Below are positions 1 to 11,700 of a stretch of DNA of 64,000 nucleotides, piece after piece. Made by a program: the position numbers and the translations under genes. This stretch comes from Balanoglossus misakiensis (taxonomy: Eukaryota; Animalia; Hemichordata): positions 2,377,158 to 2,441,157 of the forward strand of contig CM082591.2 in the NCBI GenBank assembly GCA_040954595.2, read 5' to 3'. Below the pieces are notes generated by a model, which saw nothing but the letters and a program-made list of their open reading frames with translations, was not told where the DNA came from and did not search any database. Positions within the stretch are counted from its first letter, which is position 1; each line of letters starts with the position of its first letter.

Positions 1-789
1 TATACAACCAGTGAATCTTTTATTTCGATCCAATGGATTGCTACAATACAGCCATGTTAAAACTAATGAATAGATTTGATGATGCTTAATGAGATAATGG
101 CAACATTACGGCCTGATTGACTAGTTGTCGATAATGTATTAGCGCCAACATCTCTATAATTCCTACATCAATAATGTCTAATTCTACATATCACCTTTGT
201 TCGAAAAATTTCACAAAAATATTATCCTAATAAGGATGTTTCGAAGAATATTCAACACTTTTTGTATTTCAGCTTAGAGATATCAATTAGTTTCACTGAA
301 AATATATTTCTTTCCGTGGAATGTTACTAGGAATCTAAAGCCGAAGTTAGTTATAATTTTCTGTGCGTGGACATGAACAGTGCGAACTTTTCAGTGGGTC
401 GCTTGCAGTTTAATGAGCTCTTTGTGTAACACGTCATCAATAATTAGACTTGCACTGACCCAAAACATACCATTGTTCTTTCTGACAGTCGGCATTCAAC
501 ACGTTTTCATTAAACCTGACATTGAACTGTCAAAATCATGTGAGAAGTCCACAATGGCAAAATAAAAATGCTCGCTATATTTCTTTGTGTTCCAGAGATT
601 GTGTGTCACTGCGGGCCCGCAGGTGATTCTGTCACTAAACACAATATACTCGCCTAATCATTGTACAACGAGCCTGAACCCAAGTCTTACTCTTTTTGCC
701 AATAATTTTGTTATAGCTTTCGGTTATACTTATACTCTTTCTAGTTCAAGATTAATAGGTGTCGCTATGCAAAGGTTCAGAGCGGAGCT

Positions 790-1008
790 ACCCCATATAT
801 ACTGTGTTTTGAAATTCAAAATCAAAATGGTCGCCATTCTCTTTGTCAACCTCATGGGGAAGGGATAGTGTGGGTAATTTCATTGAAAGCAAGACTACGA
901 GCACCCTATTTTCTTACTAGTTTTCAAAATCACACCACACAACCCTGAACACAACAGAAAAAAGATACAATTTAGGAAAACGTGTCCCCGAGGTGACATC
1001 TACCTTAA
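790..1008. mobile_element. Possible degenerate, one-ended TTAA-type MITE fragment
   Basis: Ends in ...GTCCCCGAGGTGACATCTACC-TTAA, a purine-start terminus with TTAA on the minus strand; matching TIR not found. Confidence 0.3.
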
Positions 1009-1469
1009 CGATCATCGTCGTCTTGGTAGTTATCGCCACTTCCTGAATGTCAAGGGTGTCCTTGGCTTTCAGAAAAGACACCCTTGGCATTCACAAACTG
1101 AATAAAATGCCACCGCGCTCGCAATTAAACGCCGCCGGTAATTTACACCATTACCTCGAAAGAAACCATCCCTGTAGTCCAATAAAAACCCCTTTGTTAA
1201 TAACCAATTAATATTATTTTTCATCAAATGTTGACTTCCCTTCGAGCAAATTTCAACAAAGCTCTCGCATGAATGGTAGTCTGCCAGGTCAGATAATACT
1301 TATATTATTGCATCTAAACTAAATTTGCTGTGACCAAAGCATAGTAGTAAATGTCTACAACCTGATTAATTGCCGTAATATTTTTGTAAGAGGGAAAGGA
1401 AGATTAAATATTAATAATTGAGAACATATTAATGTGACGGTCCTGAGGCTGTCGCTTTTCACGTAGAAA

Positions 1470-1501
1470 CAAAATGTATGATCAAGGTGGATCTATTTAT
1501 T
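1470..1501 (-). terminator. Candidate VGLUT polyadenylation signal
   Basis: First AATAAA I found downstream of the stop codon (minus strand 1501-1496), followed by CA dinucleotides and a U-rich TTTTGTTTC element; implies a ~0.93 kb 3' UTR. Confidence 0.4.
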
Positions 1502-2417
1502 ACCCTTTAACCGCCATTTTGAAATGAAAGAATGTTATGATTAATACATGTACAGTCGAAAATACGACCCATTGTCGTTTACTTCCGGTCTGCACTACAT
1601 TGTGAGACTGGAGAGCATGCGCGGAAATTTGCATACCACGATCTAGCCAATCACAAAATGCTGGCATTTGCATCACGTAAATTCTTCTACTGCCTAAAAA
1701 TAATATTTATATTAATGAATATTATCTTGGAATGGCTTGTAAATAGTGTTTTGCTGACTAGTAAATGATTGCTCTGGTATAATTAAATGCTTTCGTAAAC
1801 ATAGCCATCAATGTGAATAATTATGATTCCGTAAATGTGAATGTTTCTATGGAAACAAAACTTAATGTTGCAATCCAGTTTTTTTCTGGTTGCTAATATT
1901 GCCTTCCGCCACGTAGTGTCTATAAAAATGTCAAAATTGGGGTAGTGCGCAGTGTTTATGTTTTCATTACTTGACGCCAATATTATCACATAGTATTTTT
2001 TCATGACAATGGTCGAATATCTCTGAGTATTTTGAACTAACGCGACGAACTTGCTGAGTTAACGGGTCACACTTGCATTCTCTGAGATTACAGTTCATAC
2101 TATTTCTGTCAAAACATTTTACAATAGCCCATCCTGACAATTTATACAGAAATATCTTCATACAGTTCCTCAACGGAATCGAGATACCAAGAATTTACAA
2201 ATATGAAAAGAAAAAGCACAAACATGCATTATTAAACAAGTTTACAACTGAGTGACAGACCAAGGTAATAGATATACAGGCTTTCTAAAAGAAATTCGAA
2301 TCACAACACTAAAAGATTGTTTGCAATACATATTCAGGTTTCCCAACACTGTTTTATCATTTGTGTGTGTATATTTTCAAATCTTACATTTCTCTGACAC
2401 TAGTAGAAAGGTTTTCG

Positions 2418-2711
2418 TCAGTTACCAGTCTCGACTTTACCATTTGGAAGAGGTTCAATTGTAGGTTTTTCGTCTGTCTTGAGGTGCTGTTCTGACGTAG
2501 TATTTGCAATGATTGCTGACCTGTCGTACGCTTGTTCAATGGTGCCATAACCGGTTTTGATGTCTTCTTTGTTGTCCAGATACTCGTCGGGTTGTAGAGG
2601 GGGGTCTGCCCATTTCTGTTTCTCCCCAGAGGCGAACAGGCCGTAGAAAATGACGCCGGTGAAATGGATCATAGCCGATATCAAATAAACCCTAGACCAT
2701 TCCTTGGGAGT
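2418..2711 (-). CDS. VGLUT: VGLUT exon 12 (terminal; [37 protein letters not shown]...ETGN*)
   Basis: CAG acceptor at 2714-2712, phase 0, TGA at 2420-2418; TM12 and ASGEKQxWA motif. Confidence 0.95.
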   Translation of the reverse strand, partial: TPKEWSRVYLISAMIHFTGVIFYGLFASGEKQKWADPPLQPDEYLDNKEDIKTGYGTIEQAYDRSAIIANTTSEQHLKTDEKPTIEPLPNGKVETGN

Positions 2712-5700
2712 CTGTAAAACCATATAAACACAAAATCCATTTAGTGAATACCAAATGCGCCATCTACGGATCATGTTGACTGGCGTTTAGATCCGGTATT
2801 TTGCGAGAAGTAAATTTGCATATTAAGTATGCAGGCTGTGTCACCTTAAAGAGTTAATAGCGTTTTCTGGCTAATCGCTCAAGGATTACAGCTAAGCCAA
2901 AGAGATCTCACCTCGTTCGGAGTTAAGTTTCCAACCATTATTGGACACATCATTCCAGACAAAGTCCCGGCGGCGTTAGATAGACCCATTAAAATACTAG
3001 CATATCTTGGTGCAATATCTAGATGGTTCACATTGAAACCTGGACAAAAGATAATAAATTATTTCTTGGTGAAGTAAAATCTCGAGCAATGTCACATCTC
3101 AATGTCAAAATTGTCAATCACCTCTAGATGATATAGCCTACCTGATATAGCAAATCCACTGAAACCAACTGCGATTATGAGACAGATGATAGCCATTTCC
3201 CTGCCGTTTGAGTAGCCAACAGCTATAAGAAAGATTGCTTCCATTCCAAAGCCTAGAAAGAAAACAAATATAAGACCAATGTGAAATATTGGGCCTAATA
3301 AAAAGTTTGCAAAACGAAAATAATGGGGATTTTCCGCGACCACACAGTTTTAGTAAAGGAATGTTTTCGAATGTGACTTTAAACTTAGCCTTAGATCAAC
3401 GCGAAGTGATGAACCTACCTCCACAATTAAATATCTTACGCACTATCGTAGTTGTTAATATCCTTTTTCTCCGGAGAAAGTCTGCAAGTTGCCCGCCGAG
3501 TGGAACGATGATGGTCATCACAAGATGCGGTAGTGCAGAAATGACACCAACCTAATATATAACACAACAGTGTTGGATTAGGTTGCAAAACATAATAACC
3601 TGGTATCAGCAGAGTGTATTTATAATATCAATTTTATTGCTGTTTATCAGGAAAATAATAATTATGAGTTTATTTGTAATACCCAACCCCTACATTGATA
3701 TACATGTACTTTCATACAAATTATAGTAATGAAAGGCAAACTCAATTTTTACAAAATTAAACACGTACAGCGGAAAGTTCGTATCCATACACCTCCTCAA
3801 AGTATGACGGTGAACTTGTTAACAGCAGGTAGAAAGTCCAACTACGACAAATATTAGCCACGATGATTGCGTAAACCGGAAGTGACGTGAAGAAACTCTT
3901 CCAAGGTGTTTTATGTCCCTGCAAAGAAGGATTTAGACAAAAACATGAGAAACATGCGAGAAAATGTAATGAATAATCTTTAGCAATCCAACTCAGAACA
4001 ACAACAACAATAACCAAAAATTAATAGACAACGATACCTTTGGGATAATCGATGCTGATTCTCCTATACTTTCTTCAATGTAAATTCTTTCCTCTTCAGA
4101 GATAGTTGGATGTGTAGATGGTTTTTCGTGAATTATGAGAAACCAACTTATAGCCCATAATATTCCTAAAGCACCTGTGAATATGTAGACCATACTATTC
4201 CTTAATGACCGCCTAGACAATGTATTCGACCTGTGAACCTATGAATATATTTGACCTATGAACTTGAGAATATGAATGGGTATGGTCTCCCTTAATACCT
4301 ACCATAAACATAAAATGTTGCTGGCCAGCCGGCATAATCTGTCAAGAACCCTGATAAAGGCAAACCGATCACAGCGCCAGCATACGACCCTGGAGTTAGA
4401 AATAACAGAATAATGATTGACTCGTGGTACGAGATAGTGGAACAGGGATTCTAGATCCAAGTAAAGAATTTTTCTTGGTATGTTCACAGTGGGATTTAAA
4501 TATTACGTCATTACATAAGTGGATGTAGAGGGCCGTGTCTCCGAGACAATGAACGACAATTTTTACCTGAAAAAGACAACGTGACCAGACGACTTCTTTC
4601 CATTGGTGGAGCCCATCTGCTCCACATCCCATGGCATGCTGGGTACGTTACTCCCTAAAAATGTAAATGTCGGTGCAACGTCAGAGATGTCGAGAAGACA
4701 CAGTAACACAACAACAAAAACTCATGTGTAGCCATGGTTGCACGGCGTCTTTATATCTCTCACCTCGACAAGTCCTTGTACAATTCTTACAGCGATCACC
4801 ATCCCATAATGAACTTTACAGGACGCTGGTATAAGTAAATTTAAAAAAGACGTTATTAAAATTGCTCCACCGAATATCCTGTGGAAAAAAAGATACAAAG
4901 ATTTATGTGAATAGAATGACAGTGTGAGCGGCCACCAACCAGGAGTGGTAAACACAAATTAAGCGTTGGTGGTAATGACCTTTTTATTGGAACGAGTCTC
5001 CTTAGACTATTCCGCGTTTAATCAGCGGAGATGACGGCAATAATTACTTTTACGAAGACGTATTCAATTACCGTCAATTCATTGACCCGAAAAGCCATCC
5101 ACCACCTGACTTGTCCGTCCTATAATTGTCACCCTTTAATTATCGCCCATTCTATTTTTATCAATGCGTAATTTATTTGACAATCATACTCTCTTTTGAG
5201 AGAGAAAATGTCTTTCGAGGCACGAGGTTCCTTTTCTTGTAGATTTGCCACATAAGATATGTTCATATATAATTAGCAGTTGTCGTTTTACGGTGCTCAG
5301 AAGGCACAGTATCTGTAACTTTCCAAAACTTTACCCAGTATTTTTGTTCTGAGCATCAACAGTGGCTTCTTGTTTATACCCGACGGCACATTGCCAACTT
5401 ACGTAGCCAGAATGTGTGTATTACGTGGTCAGAATGTGTGTATATCTTACCTATTTGCTGGAAATCTGGACGCTAGATACCCGCCAGGTATCTGAGTGAC
5501 TATGTAGCCCCAGAAGAAGGATCCGTGCATCAAGCCCACTATTTCTGGGCTCCAGTCAAATTCCCGAACCTGGAAGACAAACGTCTTTGATTAGATGACG
5601 TCATATGATGTAAAGGGGGTGTGGGCTCCACCATGCATAGTTGTTTCCTGTTTATTTACGCCACAGTCTTCCCCATAAAGTTTCGCGGTTTCCTTCCCAA

Positions 5701-8700
5701 TGTGACATGAAGCAACGGGCGTGTTAGTAATAGTAAAAATGCTGGATAATCGAACAAACTTACGTGCATTTGACTTTTGCCATTAATGTGAGCTGTGTTA
5801 TTATTAACCATATCCACTATTGACACACCTAGGTTGCATCGTATACCGAACGATATACAAAAACCGATAGAACTGCAAATTGCTAAAGTGTAACGCTTGC
5901 TGGTTCCGCATGTGGGCATCCGAAACTTCTTCTTTGGCTTGGCCGTTTCCTCATCGTAGTACTCGATACCGCCGTTGAGGGCATCGTGCTTCACCAGAAC
6001 CTGCTCATCGTCGGATTTCTTCATAATCCTGTGGAGATAAACGCACGGATTGGGTGTTATCGATCGAGGCATCAATTCGCAATCTACGTTCACTGTTCTT
6101 AATCTGGCGTATTACACAGGGCGTGTATGTACACCCTTAATCCGCCAGATCGCATCTGCGCTCCCGTATAATCTGCCGTTGCTTCGCGGAGATGCTCAGA
6201 GAAAATCTAAATTACTCGGGTGGCAATTAAACATTTATTCGAACGATCGCGAATCTCGTTAGCTTTAAAACCCAAAGCATAAAATGCCACAGCTAGGCTC
6301 TTCCTGCCAAAATTTCTTTCAACCACCGAGCCCCGAGAATTGCACGGAACAGATGAGGTGAATCTGAGAGGCTTTGTGAGATATTTATCGCATATCTGTG
6401 TATATGGTATACAGTTATCGCCGCTTTTTGTCGTCAATAATAGCGTTATCTTTGCGGGTTTACTCAGGCATCGTGAACGTTAGAGCGTGAACTAGCGTAG
6501 AGGGATTTTCGGATGCTTGATAACGCGATCGCGAACGACGGAATGTCTCAACGCGAAGTCCTGGTAGCACGCTATACCACACACAGGCGCAATGCAATTT
6601 TCCCCCTTTATTGAAAAGCTCTCTGGGAGCGTACTGCGAACTTCATTGAGCGCTAAATATTTGCATAATAAATGAAACCTATTATGGCTAATTATTAATC
6701 GTCTTATCAGAGTTTAGATGTTAGGAGGGACTGTGATGGACCGTTACTGCGAAAAGGAATTCAATATTTTATAATTTATTCATGAACCATATAGCGGGAT
6801 GGTTTTAAAGCCCCCTCTCGGTTACCAAACTTTTCCGACAGGAGATTAAAAATCTAAATGGCGAACAAAATCCCGACAAAATCTTAAGGCGCGATTCGCA
6901 TACTCACACTGATGCGAGAAAAGGGATTGAGAGGGACCCTTTTAAACTCAGGACATTACTAGCTTCAGTGCAATAAGTTGTCCCAGACAACTTATTTTCA
7001 TCACGTCAAAAGGAACTATTCCACTCTTCAAATTTACAATAGTAATCCTCTGCGAACAAGCAGGCCCATAACCGTCTTAGTAATGATTTATCGCGCTGGC
7101 GACAACCGCTTTTGAGAATGTTCTCTCCAAAGCCCGCCAAGGGGACACATTCTTCAGAATCATGATTGAATGGCGGTCGTCTCCGGCGCTACTTTCTTCA
7201 TTATTTGCTCGTTATGGCTGCATTAACGCCATGTCGTTCGGCTTAGGGTTTAAAACCCGTCGCGTGGCACTCTACTCCGAGTAGATAGAAATCTCCCCGA
7301 TGCGGGTGAGTTTAGCCGTAATTTATGATAAAGTCTCCCAGAAAACTGTCTCGGGATTGTCAGGTTTCCTCTTTGCAATATCTATCAGATTTTCCAGTGA
7401 GTCAAAAAGTATTCCCTATAGTTGACTGGTCTCTGTGTACACGCTTTATCTGGGAGATTAGCGAGGGAAAACAGTTATCAAGTCATTGCTATGACTTTAA
7501 TATTGTAGTAAACAATGGACGAGTAATCGATAACTTTTATTATTACATAGCAGTTTATTATTGAAGAGCAGACACACGGTCACCGATGTCTGAAAAATCT
7601 TTCCGCCAGCGCGAGAGGAGACGACACAGTGCAGTATCTCGGGCGCCGCCGAACGAGAAGATAATTAACGAACATCGACTTTGAATTGAAGTTAGGACGA
7701 GTCAATTTCTCCACGCGATAAAAACTCATAAAGAAGGCGTTAAAGCAATGTCCTGTTAATGAAATTCACTTGAGGTTGGAAATCGGGGATAATTTGTGAT
7801 ATCCGCGACATGGTTGTCTTGGAACTTTGACGCGTCGTGAGGCCGTTTGAAGTATCCACGTGTCGGCTATCGTTCTGATAATTAGAGAAATTTCCCTCCC
7901 TCCCGGCTGTGCTGTACGCCACAGGAACTCAACACTTGCACTGCATAGAGTATAGCAGGGACCTGAAACGCGTGATTTCCAAAGAATTGATCTCCTCCGT
8001 GGAAATTACCGGGCCAGCTAATCAGATTTGGCAGCGCCTAATAACATGTAATCAGAGTTTAATGACTTGTGGTGACAGAATCACATTTGACACACCAATT
8101 TCATAGCCATGCAATCATGACAAAGTTTAGCGATATAATCGGCCAACCCCGACGCACTCCAGTTGTTTGGGAGTAACGCTGTTACCATGGACGGACAGAA
8201 AAGAAAAAAAAACCCGATGTGGCAATTGCAAGACACGCCATAAATACAATTAATAATGAGTGATTTGTGAAATATCCGAAATACCAACAAAGGGTATAAT
8301 TTCCAATGCAATTAGAACACAAGATATTTTTTAGATTACCGTGATTATAGCGCAATGCAAAACGGGCGACTAAGTGTCAACACAGTACAACTGCATTATA
8401 TTGTGGAGTAATTTGAAGGAAGGAAGATAGCGCGTGCCCGCGCCGCGCGTGCTTTCGGGATGTGTGACGCCCTCATAGGCAAATATCGGTACATGATGAG
8501 GAAGCAATCGGCCATGCCAATAAAAATTATCAGCAAGGGGAATTCTTTTTGTGACATTTTAATTTAGTCAAGTTGCTTTTAATTTGTTCTGGTAGCACTC
8601 GAGCATAAATATGTAAAAAGGTCGCAGTTTTTGTTAATTCGAAAAAATCGAATACTGAACCGAATTGGGTCATGTAAACATGTCCATGATTAAAAAGGTG

Positions 8701-11700
8701 ATATCTTGTTTCTCCCACGTTAAAATATTTTCTATTGAAGTCAACTTTGAGTGTTATTGTCATATTTCAAAAGTGGTTGATTTGTGAGGATGAAAAAGAT
8801 AGATATGTTCAATCAACTCGGGTACGCTGCCATGTTTATAAACGCCACCCGAGCGCCGTGAATCATTCTGTTTTATAGGCCGCGACTTGAAAGAACGAGG
8901 AAACAGTGTGTCGACTAAAATGGAGAAGAGATTTTTGTTTGGCCCACAATTTACAAGTGCATGAAGCGAGTCTCGAGAGAGCAACGCTAAAAGGTCCTCT
9001 ATCGACCTCGCTTTTCGTGTCTATAAAATTGATGGATGTGCGTGCACCAGTTGGATCACGTATGAAAACCCTATTTGCCCGGATGTCACTCTCCCGCCAA
9101 AATCTACTCTTCATTTGTGCCAAATATGACAAAAAAGAAACCCAGCCGATGGATGAATCAATCAATAAAACTAAACAAGTAACGATCGATCGGTTCATTG
9201 ATAGCTGAATAGTCGTTATATCGTTTCCATATACACCGTCCTGTCCACTATGATGAAATTAAGATAAGACCGCCTATAGTATTCATACTTCGTATGTTTT
9301 TGATGAGCCCGACCAAGTTGATAAGAAAGGCAGTTTCTTGACTACGTCAGCCCATAAATGCCATCTATAGTCAGAGGCAGGGTCGTCACATAAAAAGGGG
9401 GAATGCATTTAATATCTCCAAGCTCGTATTTCAAACGCCACTGCATTAGGCATACAGCTTGCTATTATTTGGTATGTAAGTCAACGCTTATCGAGACAGC
9501 ATGAAACGGACTCGGTAAAATACGAGATAATAGACATGTAATATATCCTACCATTTTCACATTTGACTCGCTATAGGAGATTGGCAGACGTATCTTAGGG
9601 TTCCATTCCTTCCTTAAAAGCAACAGATAAAACCGAAATAGTTCAATTTCAACCAATATTAGAGCAATTTTACGATCAGTTTGTTATCTCGGCCCCGGCT
9701 TGAATACTAACAGAGGAGTAACAGCCAAAGCAACTTTTATAGTTGCTTATATGCGGCGATAAGCCCATCCCGCAATTATACATTGTGAAACACTAAACAT
9801 TGAAGTGAATCATGTTTTATTTGTCACGCCTACGTCATTTCCAGTGTGGAAACAATAAATAGAAGAATGGTCGGGAATTCTACGCGATATGAGCCTCAGA
9901 ATGTGAAAAAAAACGCAGACAAAGTAGAAAAGATGGACGATGTATTTTGTACATTGGTCGTTCATTTCACGAGTTTTCACGCGAGAGTTTACACTAAGGA
10001 AAAGGTAACACTAAGAAAAAACCTCAAGAAATCACACACAACACTTAAACAGAATAACTAGGACAGGGCGACACTGCCAATGAACAGCCGAGCTAAAAAT
10101 AAAACCGGAACACAGAAATATGAATATTTTAGTGCCCCTTAACCCAGAGAAAAAATCGGAACTCGCCAAAATGATGGCAATGCGTGAAGCACAGAACAAA
10201 CGGAAACGCACAAGAAAAAAAACGCGAAAAGGCGACCAATCTTTGAGATGCGCTCAGCTATTGATTTTGGTGTTCTGTCTGTATGGTAATTACCTATTGT
10301 TGAATATCAGCAATGGCGATGACAGATGCCACAAGGCGTGTTTCCACAAGGTGTCAATTTGCGCTCTATTGAACAAATTCCCCATGTGTATGGTTTACCC
10401 TTGACATGAAATAACACCCAACCAGTGAAATATTACCGCCCCCAAAATCACATCACAGCCGTTGAAGTGTCTTACAAAAAGCACTCGAGGTAGGAGAGCT
10501 TCCCCTAATTACAGGCAGATCAGGAAGTACATTGCAAGTGTGTTTGCAGAGATATAAACCACACATCTACCGAGAAAGGTATTAACCAATTGAAATCGTT
10601 CAAGTACAATACTGACATATGTGAATTGCAACATGATGAAAGGCTTATTTTCGTGTAGTGTGGGTGACCTATATAGGAATGTAACGTAGAGTTATCAGCT
10701 GCATGAGCCAGCAATGGCGGTGACGGAGTGTACAATTGATCCACAATGCAATTGGGCATGGGCTTATTTGCTGACTAAATAACTAAGAGTGCTGACCTAA
10801 TCCATGAAATAGGGCACCGACTTGTTTGCTTAACTAGTCAGGATTCTGCATGCTTAATCCATGCGGATATCCATGTGAAATAAAGCAAGGGTATTGACTG
10901 ATATGAGACACGGCAAAAATGTATCAGATGTATGAGCTGGTGTGTTTCAACTGTACAACACAATCTGTGCGCACCTGTATTCATATTCCATTATGTCATG
11001 TAAGATGTTGTGAAAAGTTGTCAAAGAATATCTGTAGCAAAAGTTGTATGCATTGGACACAAATCTCGCAAGGTTTCAACAAAAGCCTGCACAGCTTGTG
11101 GAATAGACTTTGCTCAGTATTGTTAATATTGTCTGTTGTTGTAATAGGGTTCAGTCTTAATTAAAAGATCACTTTTAAGACTGCTGCACGCGATGCCAAT
11201 CCGAAAAAAACATTGACATGGATGACAGAGGTCGCTGAAAGTTAAGCCCACCATTTTTAATCTCTGTGAGCATTGAAGGTTTATTTCTTTTTGCCTCCTC
11301 GCGCGAGCTGTGAGGACACGTGTTAATCGGAATTTGTGTAATCCCTGTGCCAATGGGGAGATCTGTTCTCTTGGAAATTTCTCAGCTCGCACAAAAAAGA
11401 GCTCAAGACTTAGTAACACAAACCGACATCAGTAGTTTCGAAATCCTGTCTGTGCGATCAGAAGTAGCTGTAGAAACAGGAAGTGTGTGATGTTGCCGTC
11501 TCAATAGACGAGTTTCCGCTGATTGCAATAGATCTCGCGAGACTTAGTTACTGTAGCTAAGGATTGCTAGCCTAGTGATACAAGGGTTTGGGCAGCGATC
11601 AGGCGATAACACGGAGGTATATTAACGTGCAATACCAGTACAAGGTCGTGTCGCTAAATTATGCAACCGATCATGTGTTATACTGTGACCCTATTTGCCA

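Noticed and set aside
5656-6093. ORF-track extensions of VGLUT exons (e.g. MNVDCELM..., ...VSLFDYPAF...)
   Set aside because: Read-through into introns beyond the AG/GT boundaries
6207-6437. ORF containing [12 protein letters not shown], reminiscent of vertebrate VGLUT2 NFAGKSLGQIY, as a nearby exon 1
   Set aside because: No ATG start in the frame and no phase-2 donor after the motif; 50734-50822 fits much better
7740-7922. ORF with good-Kozak internal ATG ([14 protein letters not shown]) as exon 1
   Set aside because: Its only plausible donor (CAA|GTGAAT) is phase 0, incompatible with exon 2, and there is no VGLUT similarity
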